Positions 31,006-41,948 of a stretch of 64,000 bases of DNA are shown here, in pieces (position 1 is the stretch's first letter; each line of letters starts with the position of its first letter). A program made the position numbers and the translations under genes. Origin of the DNA: an uncultured bacterium (GTDB taxonomy: Bacteria > Chloroflexota > UBA5177 > JANWHV01). The DNA lies in assembly GCA_963729625.1 (NCBI GenBank), contig CAVSOU010000005.1, forward strand, positions 12,302-76,301, in the 5' to 3' direction. A model generated the notes under the pieces. It did no database searches. It was not told where the DNA came from and saw only the letters and a list, made by a program, of their open reading frames with translations.

Positions 31006-32201
31006 CTAGGCCTTGCGGGTAGTTTTCCATGTGAACGCAGTCGTCATGGCGTAATTGAATACGGCGCCGACCACTACACCGGCGACGGCCGAGGGAATCC
31101 ACCCAAATCTCGTCTGGAATAAGTACGATGCAATGCCGACGTTTGCTAGAGCGCCGACACTGCACGCCAGCGCAAAGGTCACGAGGCCTCGCATCCATTT
31201 CCACCCTCGCAAACGCATGTCGCGATAAGTGAGGACGTTATTAACGGCGAAGTTGAACGTCATCGCCACAAGAGCGGCGACGGCCTGCGCTTCAATGAAG
31301 GAGGTCCCGAGGACCTCAAACAACAGCGTCAGCACCAAGAAATGCACGGCGACACCCGCACCGCCGACGATAGAGAAGGCAACAAATCGTGCGGGTACGA
31401 TGTGCCCAAACCGCTTATCCAGTAGCAGCATGACGTATTCCCAAGCGGCGGCTGGTCGAGCTTGCTCTCACCGGCATGCCGTGTTCTGAACTCGTAGGGC
31501 AACTCAGCGAAACGCAGGGTACGCGGGGACGACGCGAACACATCCAACAAGATCTTGAATCCGATCCCCGATAGCTTGCGTACACTCGCGTTCAGTACTT
31601 CCCGCCGCAACATGAAGAAGCCACTCATCGGGTCTGTGAGCTCTGCAGGAACGACCGCGCGGCTCAATCGGGTTGCCAGTCTGCTAATAGACGCACGTGA
31701 AGAATCCCAATTGCCGATTCCACCGCCACTCACGTAGCGACTACCGACCACGATATCCGCCTTGTCATCGCGCAACAGCTGCAGCATCCGTGGCAACAGC
31801 GTCTCGTCGTGCTGCAGATCGGCGTCGATCACCGCGAGGTATGGGGCGGAGCTTGCGAGCATGCCCTCCACGCATGCGGAGGAGAGCCCACGGCGCCCAA
31901 TCCTTTGAATGCATCGCACGCGCGTGTCAACGCAGGCGACGGCTCGCACAGCATCTGCCGTCGTATCGGGAGAATCGTCGTCCACGAATATAATTTCCCA
32001 CGCGTACCCCGCGAGGGATTGCCTTAACCTTTCGATCAGCTCCAGAACGTTTTCACATTCATTAAACGTTGGCGCGATGATCGATAGTTCCGGCCCCACA
32101 CGTGACTGCATCTCGCGCCCCTTGACGCTCGACTCGCGGGTGAGCGGCTCGAGGATCGCACCGGGTACTGGAGAAGCTTCTGTCATGTGTTCTGTCTTCA
32201 A
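31006..32201 (-). pseudogene. polyprenol-phosphate glycosyltransferase (GT2, GtrB/DPM1/ArnC-like) fused to a GtrA-family membrane domain; one frameshift near 31470
   Basis: LSIIAPTFNECENVLELIERL...EIIFVDDDSPDTTA...AVIDADLQHDE...DIVVGSRY...DPMSGFFMLRREV...GFKILLD...HAGESKLD, then after a frame change AAAWEYVMLLLDKRFGHIVPARFVAFSIVGGAGVAVHFLVL...NFAVNNVLTYRD (GtrA). Confidence 0.75.
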
Positions 32202-32232
32202 AGTCGCCGCCGTGTCTGCGCCGACGGGCCCA

Positions 32233-33675
32233 CTATGCCTTTGGCCTACATTGTGTTGGGAGCGGCGGGGAGCTGAGATAGACCTCTACCTTAAACTCCG
32301 CCTCATCGAATCGCCGGCCGCCGACCGAGAGCTTGTGGACCGCGCAATCGAATAGCCAGCGCTGTGTCAGCGGCTCAAGACCCCAGCGGGTATTCTCCAG
32401 AACAATCCAAAGCCGCCCGCTCTCTGCGCCGAGGCGCTCAAGCTGGGGAACTGCGGTTGTGCTCAGCGGGATCTGCGGCTCGCAGCAGCCACGACTGTAG
32501 AATCGAAATAATCCAATCGCATAACCAGTCACGCGGTCGCCGGGCGACCAGTGCTCGCGTACATAAGCCGCCGCGCTACGCTCATCCCGGCGGGAACCGT
32601 CGACATAGTGGCTAGCGAGACCTGGCAGATTCGCCAGACAGATCAAGCCAACCCAGGCCCACGCTGCCACCACGCTCCGAGTGACCAGCAGCTCGTAGAT
32701 GACCGAGATCGCATAGCCGGCGACCACGATGCCGCCAAGCACCAGAGGGAACACGTATTCATCATGGTAGACGACTACGAGTGGCAGCATCAGGCTGGCA
32801 CCGCCCCACCCCAGACAACAAGTCAGCCAGTACCAGTTCTGCGCCGTGCGGTCCCGCAGCATTAGCGCCAAGCCGACCAACGCCAGCAATGCAATCGGCC
32901 AACCGATCATTGCAATCGAGCCGACAAGCGCATGAAGGGGCGAGTAACCCCAGGTTTCGCCCTGGTTCCAGCCATGCACCAGCGGCCTAACGTACAGCGC
33001 CAAGAATGCGGCCGCTACCGCCGTGGCTATAAGGAAGGGAAGCCAAATGGCACGCAGAATCGGTCGCTTCTCCGCGTAGGCGCCGGCGCACACGGCCACG
33101 AAGACGAGCGGGAGCAGGATGACCAGCAACGTATGGGTGAGAACCGCTACCAAGGCGAGGCAACACGCCAGTGTCGCGAACAAGTTGCTTCGACGATTCC
33201 AGAGGATTCGGGCCCCGACGAGAAGACAAGCAAAGGAGAAGAACGCCGCCACCATGTAGAAGCGGGTCTCCTGGCTGTGCGCCACATGCTGCGGCATGAG
33301 CGCGACGAGCAGCGCCGATGCGATTGCTGCCGGACGCGGCATCGGTCCGTCCAACAGCACAAACACCAGCACTGCGCTTAAGGTGCCAAGCGCCGCGATC
33401 AATACACGCGTGCCCCACTCGTCGAGTCCAAAAATAGTATGACTGATGTGCAGCACAAGATAGCTGGCGGGAATCAAATGCGGCAGACGATATGCCTGGC
33501 TATCGTGAGAAACATCTTGCCCGTGAAAGAGCACGCGCTCTTCCTCAAGCGACGCCGGTTCATCGCCGGAAAACGGCCATGCGCCTAGACTATGGAAGCG
33601 CAATGCGGCAGCGAGAATCGTCAGGCCGAGCACGATGGCGACGGTAATGAGCCGAATGTTTCTTTCTTTTGCCAA
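32233..33675 (-). CDS. polytopic GT-C fold glycosyltransferase (ArnT/PMT/GT39-GT83-like)
   Basis: 480-aa intact ORF with about 11 predicted hydrophobic helices. N-terminal LRFHSLGAWPFSGDEP motif region typical of ArnT/PMT-type enzymes. Directly upstream of the GtrB-GtrA fusion. Confidence 0.7.
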   Translation of the reverse strand: MAKERNIRLITVAIVLGLTILAAALRFHSLGAWPFSGDEPASLEEERVLFHGQDVSHDSQAYRLPHLIPASYLVLHISHTIFGLDEWGTRVLIAALGTLSAVLVFVLLDGPMPRPAAIASALLVALMPQHVAHSQETRFYMVAAFFSFACLLVGARILWNRRSNLFATLACCLALVAVLTHTLLVILLPLVFVAVCAGAYAEKRPILRAIWLPFLIATAVAAAFLALYVRPLVHGWNQGETWGYSPLHALVGSIAMIGWPIALLALVGLALMLRDRTAQNWYWLTCCLGWGGASLMLPLVVVYHDEYVFPLVLGGIVVAGYAISVIYELLVTRSVVAAWAWVGLICLANLPGLASHYVDGSRRDERSAAAYVREHWSPGDRVTGYAIGLFRFYSRGCCEPQIPLSTTAVPQLERLGAESGRLWIVLENTRWGLEPLTQRWLFDCAVHKLSVGGRRFDEAEFKVEVYLSSPPLPTQCRPKA

Positions 33676-34025
33676 AAAGGGGCCGCCTTATTCGAGCCTG
33701 TCTACCGCCAGACCCATAGTGCATCACACTGTTGTCGCAGGCAAGTCGACTGCGTGTCCTGCGTAATTTCAGCTGGAATCTCTGCGATGTCCGACATTGG
33801 TCGGAATACCTCGCTTTAGGTGTTTTACCTGATGTCGAAGATGCGTTCTCTATTTGGTCTCGATTTGTACGTGGGGCGGGCACGCGTACCGTGACCGTGG
33901 TTACCGCCGGTGGGTCGATGCATTATGACCAACCAACCTGAACCGGCCTGCGATTGCATTCGTTCCAGCTGCCCCAGAGCCATGCCTGTTCCAGCGCCCT
34001 ATTCTTGGGAATTGAGAAGTGGACG

Positions 34026-34196
34026 TTACGCCGCCGTGGCCAGTCTCTGTTTGGGTTGTATACCGCCCAAGGTCATGTTTGGGCGTTCGCAAGTATAGGT
34101 CCAGAGCCACTTCTTGGCGCATTCCTGGACTTCACTCAAGCTGTCGAACGAAGTCTGGTCCAACCAGTCATAGAGCTGGCTTTGGATTTCCGGACA
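34026..34196 (-). mobile_element. C-terminal fragment of an rve-type transposase, truncated by the IS3-family insertion at 34201
   Basis: ...LDQTSFDSLSEVQECAKKWLWTYTCERPNMTLGGIQPKQRL, compare the ...F.SL.E.Q....W...YN.ERPH.ALGG.TP pattern of DDE/rve transposase C-termini. Confidence 0.45.
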
Positions 34197-34250
34197 GGGG
34201 TGTAAGTGGATTTCTGCCGGGGCAATATAGCAACCGGAGGGCAGAGATTC

Positions 34251-34556
34251 ATGAGGAAGCCAAGACGTAACCACTCAGCGGCATTCAAGGCGCGGGTGGC
34301 CCTGGAGGCGATCCGGGGTGAGAAGACGGTGGCGCGAGATTGCGGCCCACCACGAGGTCCATGCGACCCAGGTGAGCGGCCTGGAAGACGGAGCTGCTGG
34401 AGAACGCTGGCGGCGGTCTTTGGCGGGGATGTGCTGGCTGCGGACGGCAAGGAGCGGATCCGGGAGCTGCAGGCGAAGATCGGGCAGCTGACGATGGAGA
34501 ATGATTTTTTAGAAAGCGCGCTCGGGAAATTCCCCGGCCTGAGCGGCAAGCGATGA
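34251..34556 (+). pseudogene. IS3-family orfA (HTH transposase subunit), about 3 indels within roughly 100 nt
   Basis: MRKPRRNHSAAFKARVALEAIRGEKTVA / EIAAHHEVHATQV / AWKTELLENA / AVFGG...ERIRELQAKIGQLTMENDFLESALGK are read in three different frames. Confidence 0.75.
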
Positions 34557-35378
34557 TTGAGCGGGACGGTGAGGTCCCGGTGAAGCGCCAGGCACAGATG
34601 CTGGATCTGAGCCGCTCGAGCGTTTACTACGTGGCGCGGGGCTTGCCGGAGCGGGATCTGAAGCTGATGCGGATCCTGGACGAGCTGCATCTGAAGTGGC
34701 CCTTCTACGGGTCTCGCAAGCTGACCCGAGAGCTGCAGAACCAGGGGCACGAGGTCGGCCGCCGGCATGTGACACGCTGATGCGGCGCATGGGCATGGAG
34801 ACGATCTACCGCAAGCCGCGCACGAGCATCCCGGCGCCATTATCGGCGATCTACCCCTACCTGCTCGCGGGCCTGAAGATCGAGCGGCCTAATCACGTCT
34901 GGGCGGCCGACCTGACGTACCTGCCGATGGCGCATGGGTTCCAGTACCTGGTGGCCATCATCGACGTGGGCAGCCGCAAGACGCTGTCCTGGAGGGTGTC
35001 GAACACGATGACGCCGGACTTCTGCGTCGAGGCGCTGCAGGAGGCACTGGAGAAATACGGGAAGCCGGAGATCTTCAACACGGACCAGGGATCTCAGTTC
35101 ACCAGCGAGGAATGGATCGAAACGCTCAAGGCGGCGGGCGTCCAGATCAGCATGGACGGCAAGGGACGATGGATCGACAACGTGTTCATCGAGCGACTGT
35201 GGCGCAGCGTCAAGTACGAGAACATTTACCTGCGCGCCTACGAGAACGGAACGCAGCTACGGCAGGGGCTGACCGAGTACTTCGCCTTTTACAACGCCAC
35301 GCGCCCGCACCAGGCGTTGGACTACCGGACCCGGAGGAGGTCTACTACGGTCGTGCAGAGCTCAGGCTTGCGGCATGA
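34553..35378 (+). pseudogene. IS3-family orfB (DDE/rve transposase), frameshifted
   Basis: SRSSVYYVARG..., WPFYGSRKLTRELQNQGHEVGRRHV, NHVWAADLTYLPMAHGFQYLVAIIDVGSRKTLSWRVSNTM, IFNTDQGSQFTSEEW, ISMDGKGRWIDNVFIERLWRSVKYENIYL, FYNATRPHQALDYRTPEEVYY. Three ORF fragments. Confidence 0.8.
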
Positions 35379-35623
35379 TGAACGTAACGGAACACGGGAT
35401 TCGAGAGCTTCTGACGCTGCGCGTCAGACTGCGTGTGTTGGGAAGCGTTGAGAAGAGACCGAGAGAAGAGACCATCAAAAAGGTCGGCAGATCCACTTAT
35501 CCCAGTAAGAAATCTGTCCTAAGAACCGAAGCCACCCGTGTCATCGGGCACTGTAGCCGCGTTCGCCATCTGCGTATTATATCGCAACGATACGCACGAA
35601 GTACCGTAAATACCGGCACTTCG

Positions 35624-36176
35624 TCACGCGACCACGTGTGGCGCATCGGTTGCTCTCTTGGGCGCTCGCCAGTCGATCCCCTCCAGCAGCATCGAGAGCT
35701 GTGCAGCGGAGAGTGCGACGCTACCGTGCGTGGCCTGCGGCCAAACGAAGCGCCCGCGCTCTAGCCGCTTGGCGAAGAGGCACATCCCATCGCCGCTCCA
35801 CCAGAGGATCTTCACCCGGTCCCCGGCCCGCCCCCGGAACACGAACCGCTACGCCACCCGGAAACTCGACGACAACATGGCCGGCAGGATCAGGATGCGT
35901 GATGCGTGTCCGCGGTGCCGGGCGACTGGCCGGATCGGGAAGAACCGTTGCCATCGTGACCTTCACCGGCAGCAGCGGCGCCGGCGCCGTGCTCTTCTCC
36001 AGCAGCCCCGCCCTGCGCAGGCGAAGCCAGCCAAACACCAGGTTGGCGTTCACCCCGTGCTTGCGGGCTACCGCTGCAATGGAGACACCGGGCGCCGTCG
36101 CGTCGGCGAGGATCTGCTGCTTCTCCTGCGCCGTTTAATGCCGACGCTTAACAGTCGTATGAGTGGACGTGTCCAT
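35624..36176 (-). mobile_element. IS66-family remnant: orf1 (TnpA) with an in-frame TAA, fused by an internal deletion to the C-terminal half of orf2 (TnpB); no orf3 transposase
   Basis: MDTSTHTTVKRRH*TAQEKQQILADATAPGVSIAAVARKHGVNANLVFGWLRLRRAGLLE (orf1 type) and FVFRGRAGDRVKILWWSGDGMCLFAKRLERGRFVWPQ...LSAAQLSMLLEGIDWR (TnpB type). Confidence 0.65.
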
Positions 36177-36189
36177 CCGCGCTCCAGGC

Positions 36190-36522
36190 GCACACATACA
36201 TTTTGCCACCACAACACCGATAATCAGGTCAACTCAATGCGCAAGCTAGGGTGCCCAGACCGGACGCCTGCGTGGAAGTCGGGCAAGTACGAAGAGCTCT
36301 GCCTGCACGCCCACGAGAGCGTCCGGGCCGCTCAGGCGAGCATTTGCCGATACTTGGTGCTGTACAACGCTGCCGATCCCGCACGCCCTTGACCACCAAA
36401 CGCCGATCACGTCTATTTCACATCGGGCGCACCGCTGTCCCTCGCCGCGACGGCCTAAGAGTTGCTGGCTACCACATATCCAGACCGCGTTAACTGCCCA
36501 AGCCAGGCAGTCCGCTCATTCT
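36190..36522 (+). mobile_element. 3' fragment of a second IS3-family element (orfB C-terminus plus right inverted repeat), truncated on its 5' side by the IS66 remnant
   Basis: WKSGKYEELCLHAHESVRAAQASICRYLVLYNAA(R)P... parallels WRSVKYENIYLRAYENGTQLRQGLTEYFAFYNATRPH of the complete copy. ggcagtccgctcatt (36506-36520) resembles the right IR ggcagatccacttat. Confidence 0.5.
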
Positions 36523-36864
36523 TCTTTATGGCGAGCGCATGTCTCCCACACACTCAACGCCCGTCTCTGAAATGCGACGGTGTACTACAATTAATGTTGA
36601 GACTCAGCGGCCAGAGTGCCCCCGCGATATTGCAAGCGTGAGTTCCTCCCTTGACGTATTGGTTGAGCCAGCGAAGACCAATTCCGTGAGATGCCGGCTC
36701 GCCCGTTCATACCGCAAAAATATTCCTGTTAGCACCGTTGGCGGGTCCACCATGCCGCACGGGTAAGTGACGTAAGTTATTGGATCATCGGGAAAATCAT
36801 GCTAAAAGCATAGCGCGCGATCGGTCTGGAACACTTCGAACGATCACGACAAAATCGAGGATAA

Positions 36865-37971
36865 GTGACGGACACAATGACATCGACCATTAGGCAAGAT
36901 CTACAGCGGCCCTATCTAGTGCTTCTAAAGGAAGGACCATCCCACTTCCTGGACGACATACAGCCGCACTGTGCTGTATTGGCTCAGCGCTTTAGGGGTG
37001 AGCTATGGACGTACGGAGGATATAACGCTGACCTCTCCATAGGAGACATGCAGCTGCACGTCGTTGGGCCACCGTCCAGAAACAAGTTTCTTCAATATTT
37101 CGCATTGTGGCGTACGTTAATGAGGCGAGCAAAGACCATTAAGCGAGATGCGCAGGGCCCGATAATTGTGGTGTCGTATGATCCATTCAAAACCGGCTTA
37201 TTGGCCCAGCATTTTGCCCGAGCGGTCGGCGGGCTCTTTGTCTCTGAAGTGAATGGTGCATACGGGGACCCCGATACGTTTGCAGACATCAAGTCCAAGC
37301 TCTGGAGGAGTGCGAGGCTTCTGCAGATGCGAATGCTTGGAACATATGTCCTTCGTCGTGCGGATGGCATAAAGCTACTTTTTGACGAACAACTTGAGCA
37401 GTTTGTCACGCCGCCCAAGTCTGCGCTGATCCGTCGTTTCTATGATATTGCGTACGTTGATCGCTTCCACGTTGGGGCAGAGCAACCCATTATTCTCTTG
37501 GCGGGGTACCCCTTTCGTCGCAAGGGTGCGGATATGCTTTTTGAGGCATTCGTCGCAATTGCCCCTCGGCACCCAAAGTGGAGGCTGGTCATGATTGGCC
37601 ACCAGCTAAAGGAGAATTTTGACGCGGCTGGATTGCGGCATCCACAGGTCGAGATCTACGCGGGCATGCCACAAACCGCACTAGTAGAATGGGTGGCTCG
37701 CTCGAGCATTGTCGCGCAGCCATCCCGCTCGGAAGCGATGGGCCGGATCTTAATGGAGGCCGCCGCGGCCGGGAAATGCCGCGTCGGAAGCTCAGTCAAC
37801 GGCATACCCACCGTAATTGCCAACAATGTAGACGGCATACTTGTTCCGAAGAACGATGTCCAAGCGCTCGCCGTAATTCTTGAGAAACTCATTACTGACC
37901 CTGCACTTCGTGCACGCCTAGCAACCGAAGCCAAGGCCAGAGCGGCACGTGAGTTCACTGCCGAAGCCTGA
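36865..37971 (+). CDS. GT4-family glycosyltransferase
   Basis: 368-aa intact ORF with C-terminal GT-B signature ...ILLAGYPFRRKGADMLFEAF...RLVMIGH...SSIVAQPSRSEAMGRILMEAAAAGKCRVGSSVNGIPTVI. Confidence 0.8.
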   Translation: MTDTMTSTIRQDLQRPYLVLLKEGPSHFLDDIQPHCAVLAQRFRGELWTYGGYNADLSIGDMQLHVVGPPSRNKFLQYFALWRTLMRRAKTIKRDAQGPIIVVSYDPFKTGLLAQHFARAVGGLFVSEVNGAYGDPDTFADIKSKLWRSARLLQMRMLGTYVLRRADGIKLLFDEQLEQFVTPPKSALIRRFYDIAYVDRFHVGAEQPIILLAGYPFRRKGADMLFEAFVAIAPRHPKWRLVMIGHQLKENFDAAGLRHPQVEIYAGMPQTALVEWVARSSIVAQPSRSEAMGRILMEAAAAGKCRVGSSVNGIPTVIANNVDGILVPKNDVQALAVILEKLITDPALRARLATEAKARAAREFTAEA

Positions 37972-38139
37972 TGCTTGATCACTACTCCGAGTTCTTCGAA
38001 GCGTTATGTCGGTCTCCGCCGACCTAGACCAGAAGATTGCGGCAGGTCTAGGCAGAAGGTACCAAACTTCATCCCGCTAGTGCCCGACTGAAGTAGCATC
38101 AGGTGTCCTGGCAATCACCTACAAGAGGATAAGTATTCC

Positions 38140-39404
38140 GTGCAGCGTTTACGATTGCTCTGGGTCTCTCATCTAGTTCCTTATCCCCCGAAGTCTGGGG
38201 TTCATTTGCGGGCCTTTAATCTCTTGAAGGCCACTGCCGAGAGTCAGGATGTCGACTTGGTGGCATTCATCCAACCGCAATGGATGAAGATGTTCTTCGC
38301 AGACGTAGAGACAGGCCTGCAGGAGTGCCATGAGCAATTGATGAAGTATTGCAAGAGCGTAGCATTTCTGCCAATTGAGTCGCAGGACAGATCATACGGC
38401 AAACTGCGCACTGCGATTGAAAGCCTTCTGCCCGGGCCTTGCTACTCTGTTCGATGGCTGCAGGGGCGCAAAGCCGCGGCAATAATCAGCTCAATCTACC
38501 AGCGCGAGGAACATGACCTTGCCCACTTCGACACCATCGGACTTGCGCCATATAGAGCGCTGATGCCACGCGCGCCAGCTACCCTCGGTCACCACAACAT
38601 CGAATCCCACATGCTCCTGCGCCGCGCTGGAAATGAATCAAATCTCCTTAAGAAAGCCTACTTCCTTCAAGAGGGATACCGACTGAGGGAATTCGAACGG
38701 AAGGTGGCCGACCAGTTCACGCGCCATATAACATGTTCGGATCTCGATTCCCAGAGACTGCGAATGATAGCGCCAGCGTGTCACGCCGTGACGGTGCCAA
38801 ACGGCGTGGACACCAAATACTTCCAAGCCTCCGGCGCGGCAGTTGTTGAAAACTCCGCGATATTTGTCGGTAGCTTTAATTGGTACCCGAACGCAGCTGC
38901 TGCTGAATATTTGCTCACCGCCATATGGCCGCTTGTTCTGGCTGCCGCACCGGAAGCGCGACTGGATCTCGTGGGTTCGGGACCTAGCGAACGCCTTCGC
39001 GCACTCGCCGGCGGTTTGCGGGGCGTTAAAGTGCACGGCTTTGTTGACGACGTGCGTCCATTTATCGATGCAGCCGCCGTTTACGTGTGTCCGATACGAG
39101 ACGGTGGTGGACTAAGCTAAAGATCCTGGACGCATTCTCTATGGGGAAATGCGTTGTAGCCGATCCGATTGCCTGCGAGGGAATAGACGTGGTCGCCAAT
39201 CGCAACGTCATTCTGGCCTCGACGCCGGAAGAGTTTGCCGGTGCCATCAGCCAGGCAATGGCCGACCCCTCAAAGCGGTCAAGCATCGGTGCGGCGGCTC
39301 GCGAATTGGTTACCGAGAGGTATACTTTTGAATCAATTGGCAAGGCATTACAAGACGTATTCCATGCATGTGTTAACTCTCGGTTGAGCTCAGAGGGCGA
39401 ATGA
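38140..39404 (+). pseudogene. GT4-family glycosyltransferase (resembles the PEP-CTERM/EpsH1-associated sugar transferase type), one frameshift near 39110
   Basis: LRLLWVSHLVPYPPKSGVHLRAFNLLK..., AIFVGSFNWYPNAAAAEYL, VYVCPIRDGGG then after a frame change TKLKILDAFSMGKCVVADPIACEGI. Confidence 0.75.
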
Positions 39405-40727
39405 TAAGGCGAAAACTTTCGCAGTCCGCAACTAGCGGCGAATCGTCTACCAAGGTCGGCGGTGGCCAAGCAACACCGATATCGAAGATCATGTCGCTCT
39501 ATATTGTTGTAGCTGCAGGGCGCGTGGGAGAGCTATTTCCTTTTCTAAAGGGCGTCCCGCTAGCAAAGCTTCTTATCGCAATGGCGATAATGTCACTCTT
39601 TCTTTATCCGAAGAAAGTTGCGTCAACGCGTCTTTGGTCTGTCGGACTTGCGCGGGCGTCCATCCTCTTCTTCGCGCTAATAGTAATTAGCTTGAGCTTC
39701 TCATTCCTGCGCAGCATGACATACGAAGTGATAGTGGGCAGTGCCGCCGCCTCGCTCGTTGCATTGGTGCTCATATTTAAGGGCGCAAGTAATTGGCCAT
39801 CCGTGCGCGTGATGCTGGCGGGTTGTGCTCTGTCTACCGCCGTTCTGGTCATACATACGGTGTCTGGTTATGCTGGACGGCCTACAGATGTCGGGGGGTA
39901 CGATCCCAACGATCTGGCATTTGTGCTAGTGGCACTGCTTCCAGTCACGATAGTATTCGCGATAGTTAGCTCGGGCTGGCGGCGTTTATTTTTTGCAGTT
40001 CTGTCGATGTCCTCACTGCTCGTTGTGCTCCTAACGGAATCACGGGGAGGATTGCTGGGGCTCTTGTTGGTACTCTTCGCCTTCGCGCTAAGATACCCCG
40101 CGTCCAGCGATGGCAAGCTCAGGAGCGTGACCCGGATTGGACTGAAGACTAGGCTTGCGGCCCTAACTGTCTTATTTGTTGTCGCTTGGGTTTCCGTCCC
40201 GCAGACGGCGCGAGACCGTCTCTCGACGCTGCTCTCCCCCCACATCGGACTACAACATCACCTCTAAAGAAGAGGGGCGGTTCCTGATTTGGGGACGAAA
40301 TCTGCCGCTTGTTCTCAAGCGACCTTGGGGCTATGGGGCCGGCTCGTCAGAAGCGGTGGATGGAATATTGGCTGGTGGGCGTTACCGCGTGCTCCACAAT
40401 ATGTATCTACAGGTGCTCGTCGAGCTAGGTGTGTTGGGTTTGACCCTATTCCTGACGACGTTTGTGCTGGCGTGGCGAACCTTGCTAGATAGGAAGCCGT
40501 TGGAAACCAAGACAGCTCCTCCGGAGTCGGCATCGCGGGAAGTTGTTCTATTTTCCTGGGCACTAGCCGTTGGCTTGGCCGCCGCAGCCGTGTCTGGGTT
40601 CTTTCTTTCACTATGTTACTCAAACGCCCTTTGGATCCTGTTCTCACTGGCGTGCGTAACGGCTCCGGCGGCAAATGCTAGGCTCTGGATGACACGCGAG
40701 GCCATAGCGACTTCAAATCGTAAATAG
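39401..40727 (+). pseudogene. O-antigen ligase/polymerase-like (Wzy_C) polytopic membrane protein, one frameshift near 40240
   Basis: Multiple hydrophobic helices. LLTESRGGLLGLLLVLFAF (Wzy_C signature region), then in another frame GRFLIWGRNLPLVLKRPWGYGAGSSE...VLHNMYLQVLVELGVLGLTLFL. Confidence 0.7.
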
Positions 40728-40740
40728 CGCGGCACCAACG

Positions 40741-41892
40741 TCACCTCACAGGTTTCCAGGTCACCATTCGTTCGCCCCGAACATAACGCACTGTGGCGAG
40801 CAACGATGCCAAGTTGGTCAGAACGAAATAGTATGGCTTTCCCAATAGCTTCGCGCGCCCACCGCTGCGCTGAGCGCGAAATCCGGCGGCACCAAGTGCT
40901 AGGAATAACAACTGGCCGGCGAAGAATACCTGGTATAGCCACGTTTCTAAAATGAAGAGATTTGCGCAGAGCATCACTAGCCAAATGAAAGGGGAAGCGT
41001 AGCGCAGCGCCTTGTGCGACCAGAGTTCCCATGCAAACACACGGAAGCGGAGAGGGTTCAGGAATCGCCGCTCTGTTACCAGTGCATTGATGCTTCGTAT
41101 GCCAACACGGACCCGCATAGCCAATTCACTTCCCGGGCGCTCCAGCGTATCTTCAAAACATACTGCTTTGGGCTCAAGGACTGTACGAAGGCCGATTTCC
41201 CGCATGTGAAGGGCGATAACGAAATCACTTATGAGTTCTGGAGGTATTGGTCGGTACGCACGCCGCCTTACCGCGTAGAGACAACCACTTACGCCAACTA
41301 AGGAGCCCATCGCACTTTCTGCACGTCTAAGTCCGAGTTCATATTGCCAATACTGTGTTCCTCCCTCACCCGTGAGGCTGTCGCCACGTGCCTCGTAAAC
41401 CAGAGCCCCGGCGACACAACCTATGGCCTCATCCGCAAAATTCTCTACGAGCGCAATCAATGCATCGTGTGCTAACCGAGTGGTCGCATCCGTAAAGATG
41501 ACGACTTCGCCCGTCGCCGCTCGGACCGCCTCATTTTGGCAGGCAGTCTTACCCCGCCTTCCTTCCACGCGAAGCAGTCGCACTTGTTCCTGTCCATAAC
41601 CAGAAACTATGGCATCAGTCCCATCGATGGAGCCGTCGGACGCAACGATAATTTCAAGTAGAGATTTTGGGTATTCGAGACTCGTGATGTTATCCAGCTT
41701 GGATCGAATCCCGACTTCCTCATTGTAGGCAGTGATTACCACCGAGATACGCGGGCGTATCGGCGCCTTTCGTACGGGTATGTTCTTTAGGCTTGCTACG
41801 CAGCGCGCCAAAAGTGGGTACCCCACGTAGACGTAAACCAAGAGAAACCCAGACAACCAAAATGTAATAGTCGGCATCATCATTCCGTACAA
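40741..41892 (-). CDS. GT2-family glycosyltransferase with N- and C-terminal membrane helices
   Basis: 383-aa intact ORF: ISVVITAYNEE..., EIIVASDGSIDGT, IFTDATT, GSLVGVSGCLYAVRR, plus C-terminal hydrophobic segments. Confidence 0.85.
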   Translation of the reverse strand: MYGMMMPTITFWLSGFLLVYVYVGYPLLARCVASLKNIPVRKAPIRPRISVVITAYNEEVGIRSKLDNITSLEYPKSLLEIIVASDGSIDGTDAIVSGYGQEQVRLLRVEGRRGKTACQNEAVRAATGEVVIFTDATTRLAHDALIALVENFADEAIGCVAGALVYEARGDSLTGEGGTQYWQYELGLRRAESAMGSLVGVSGCLYAVRRRAYRPIPPELISDFVIALHMREIGLRTVLEPKAVCFEDTLERPGSELAMRVRVGIRSINALVTERRFLNPLRFRVFAWELWSHKALRYASPFIWLVMLCANLFILETWLYQVFFAGQLLFLALGAAGFRAQRSGGRAKLLGKPYYFVLTNLASLLATVRYVRGERMVTWKPVR

Positions 41893-41948
41893 TTTTCACC
41901 AATCCGGAAAGCATCTAGGGGGCACGGCCAAAACCTATGGCAGCCCAA

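Larger units (their letters stand above)
34201..35504 (+). mobile_element. IS3-family insertion sequence (about 1.3 kb) with imperfect terminal inverted repeats; orfA and orfB both frame-damaged
   Basis: Left end tgtaagtggatttctgccgg (34201-34220) against the reverse complement of the right end cggcagatccacttat(ccca) (35485-35504). orfA and orfB are described in the next two entries. Confidence 0.8.
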
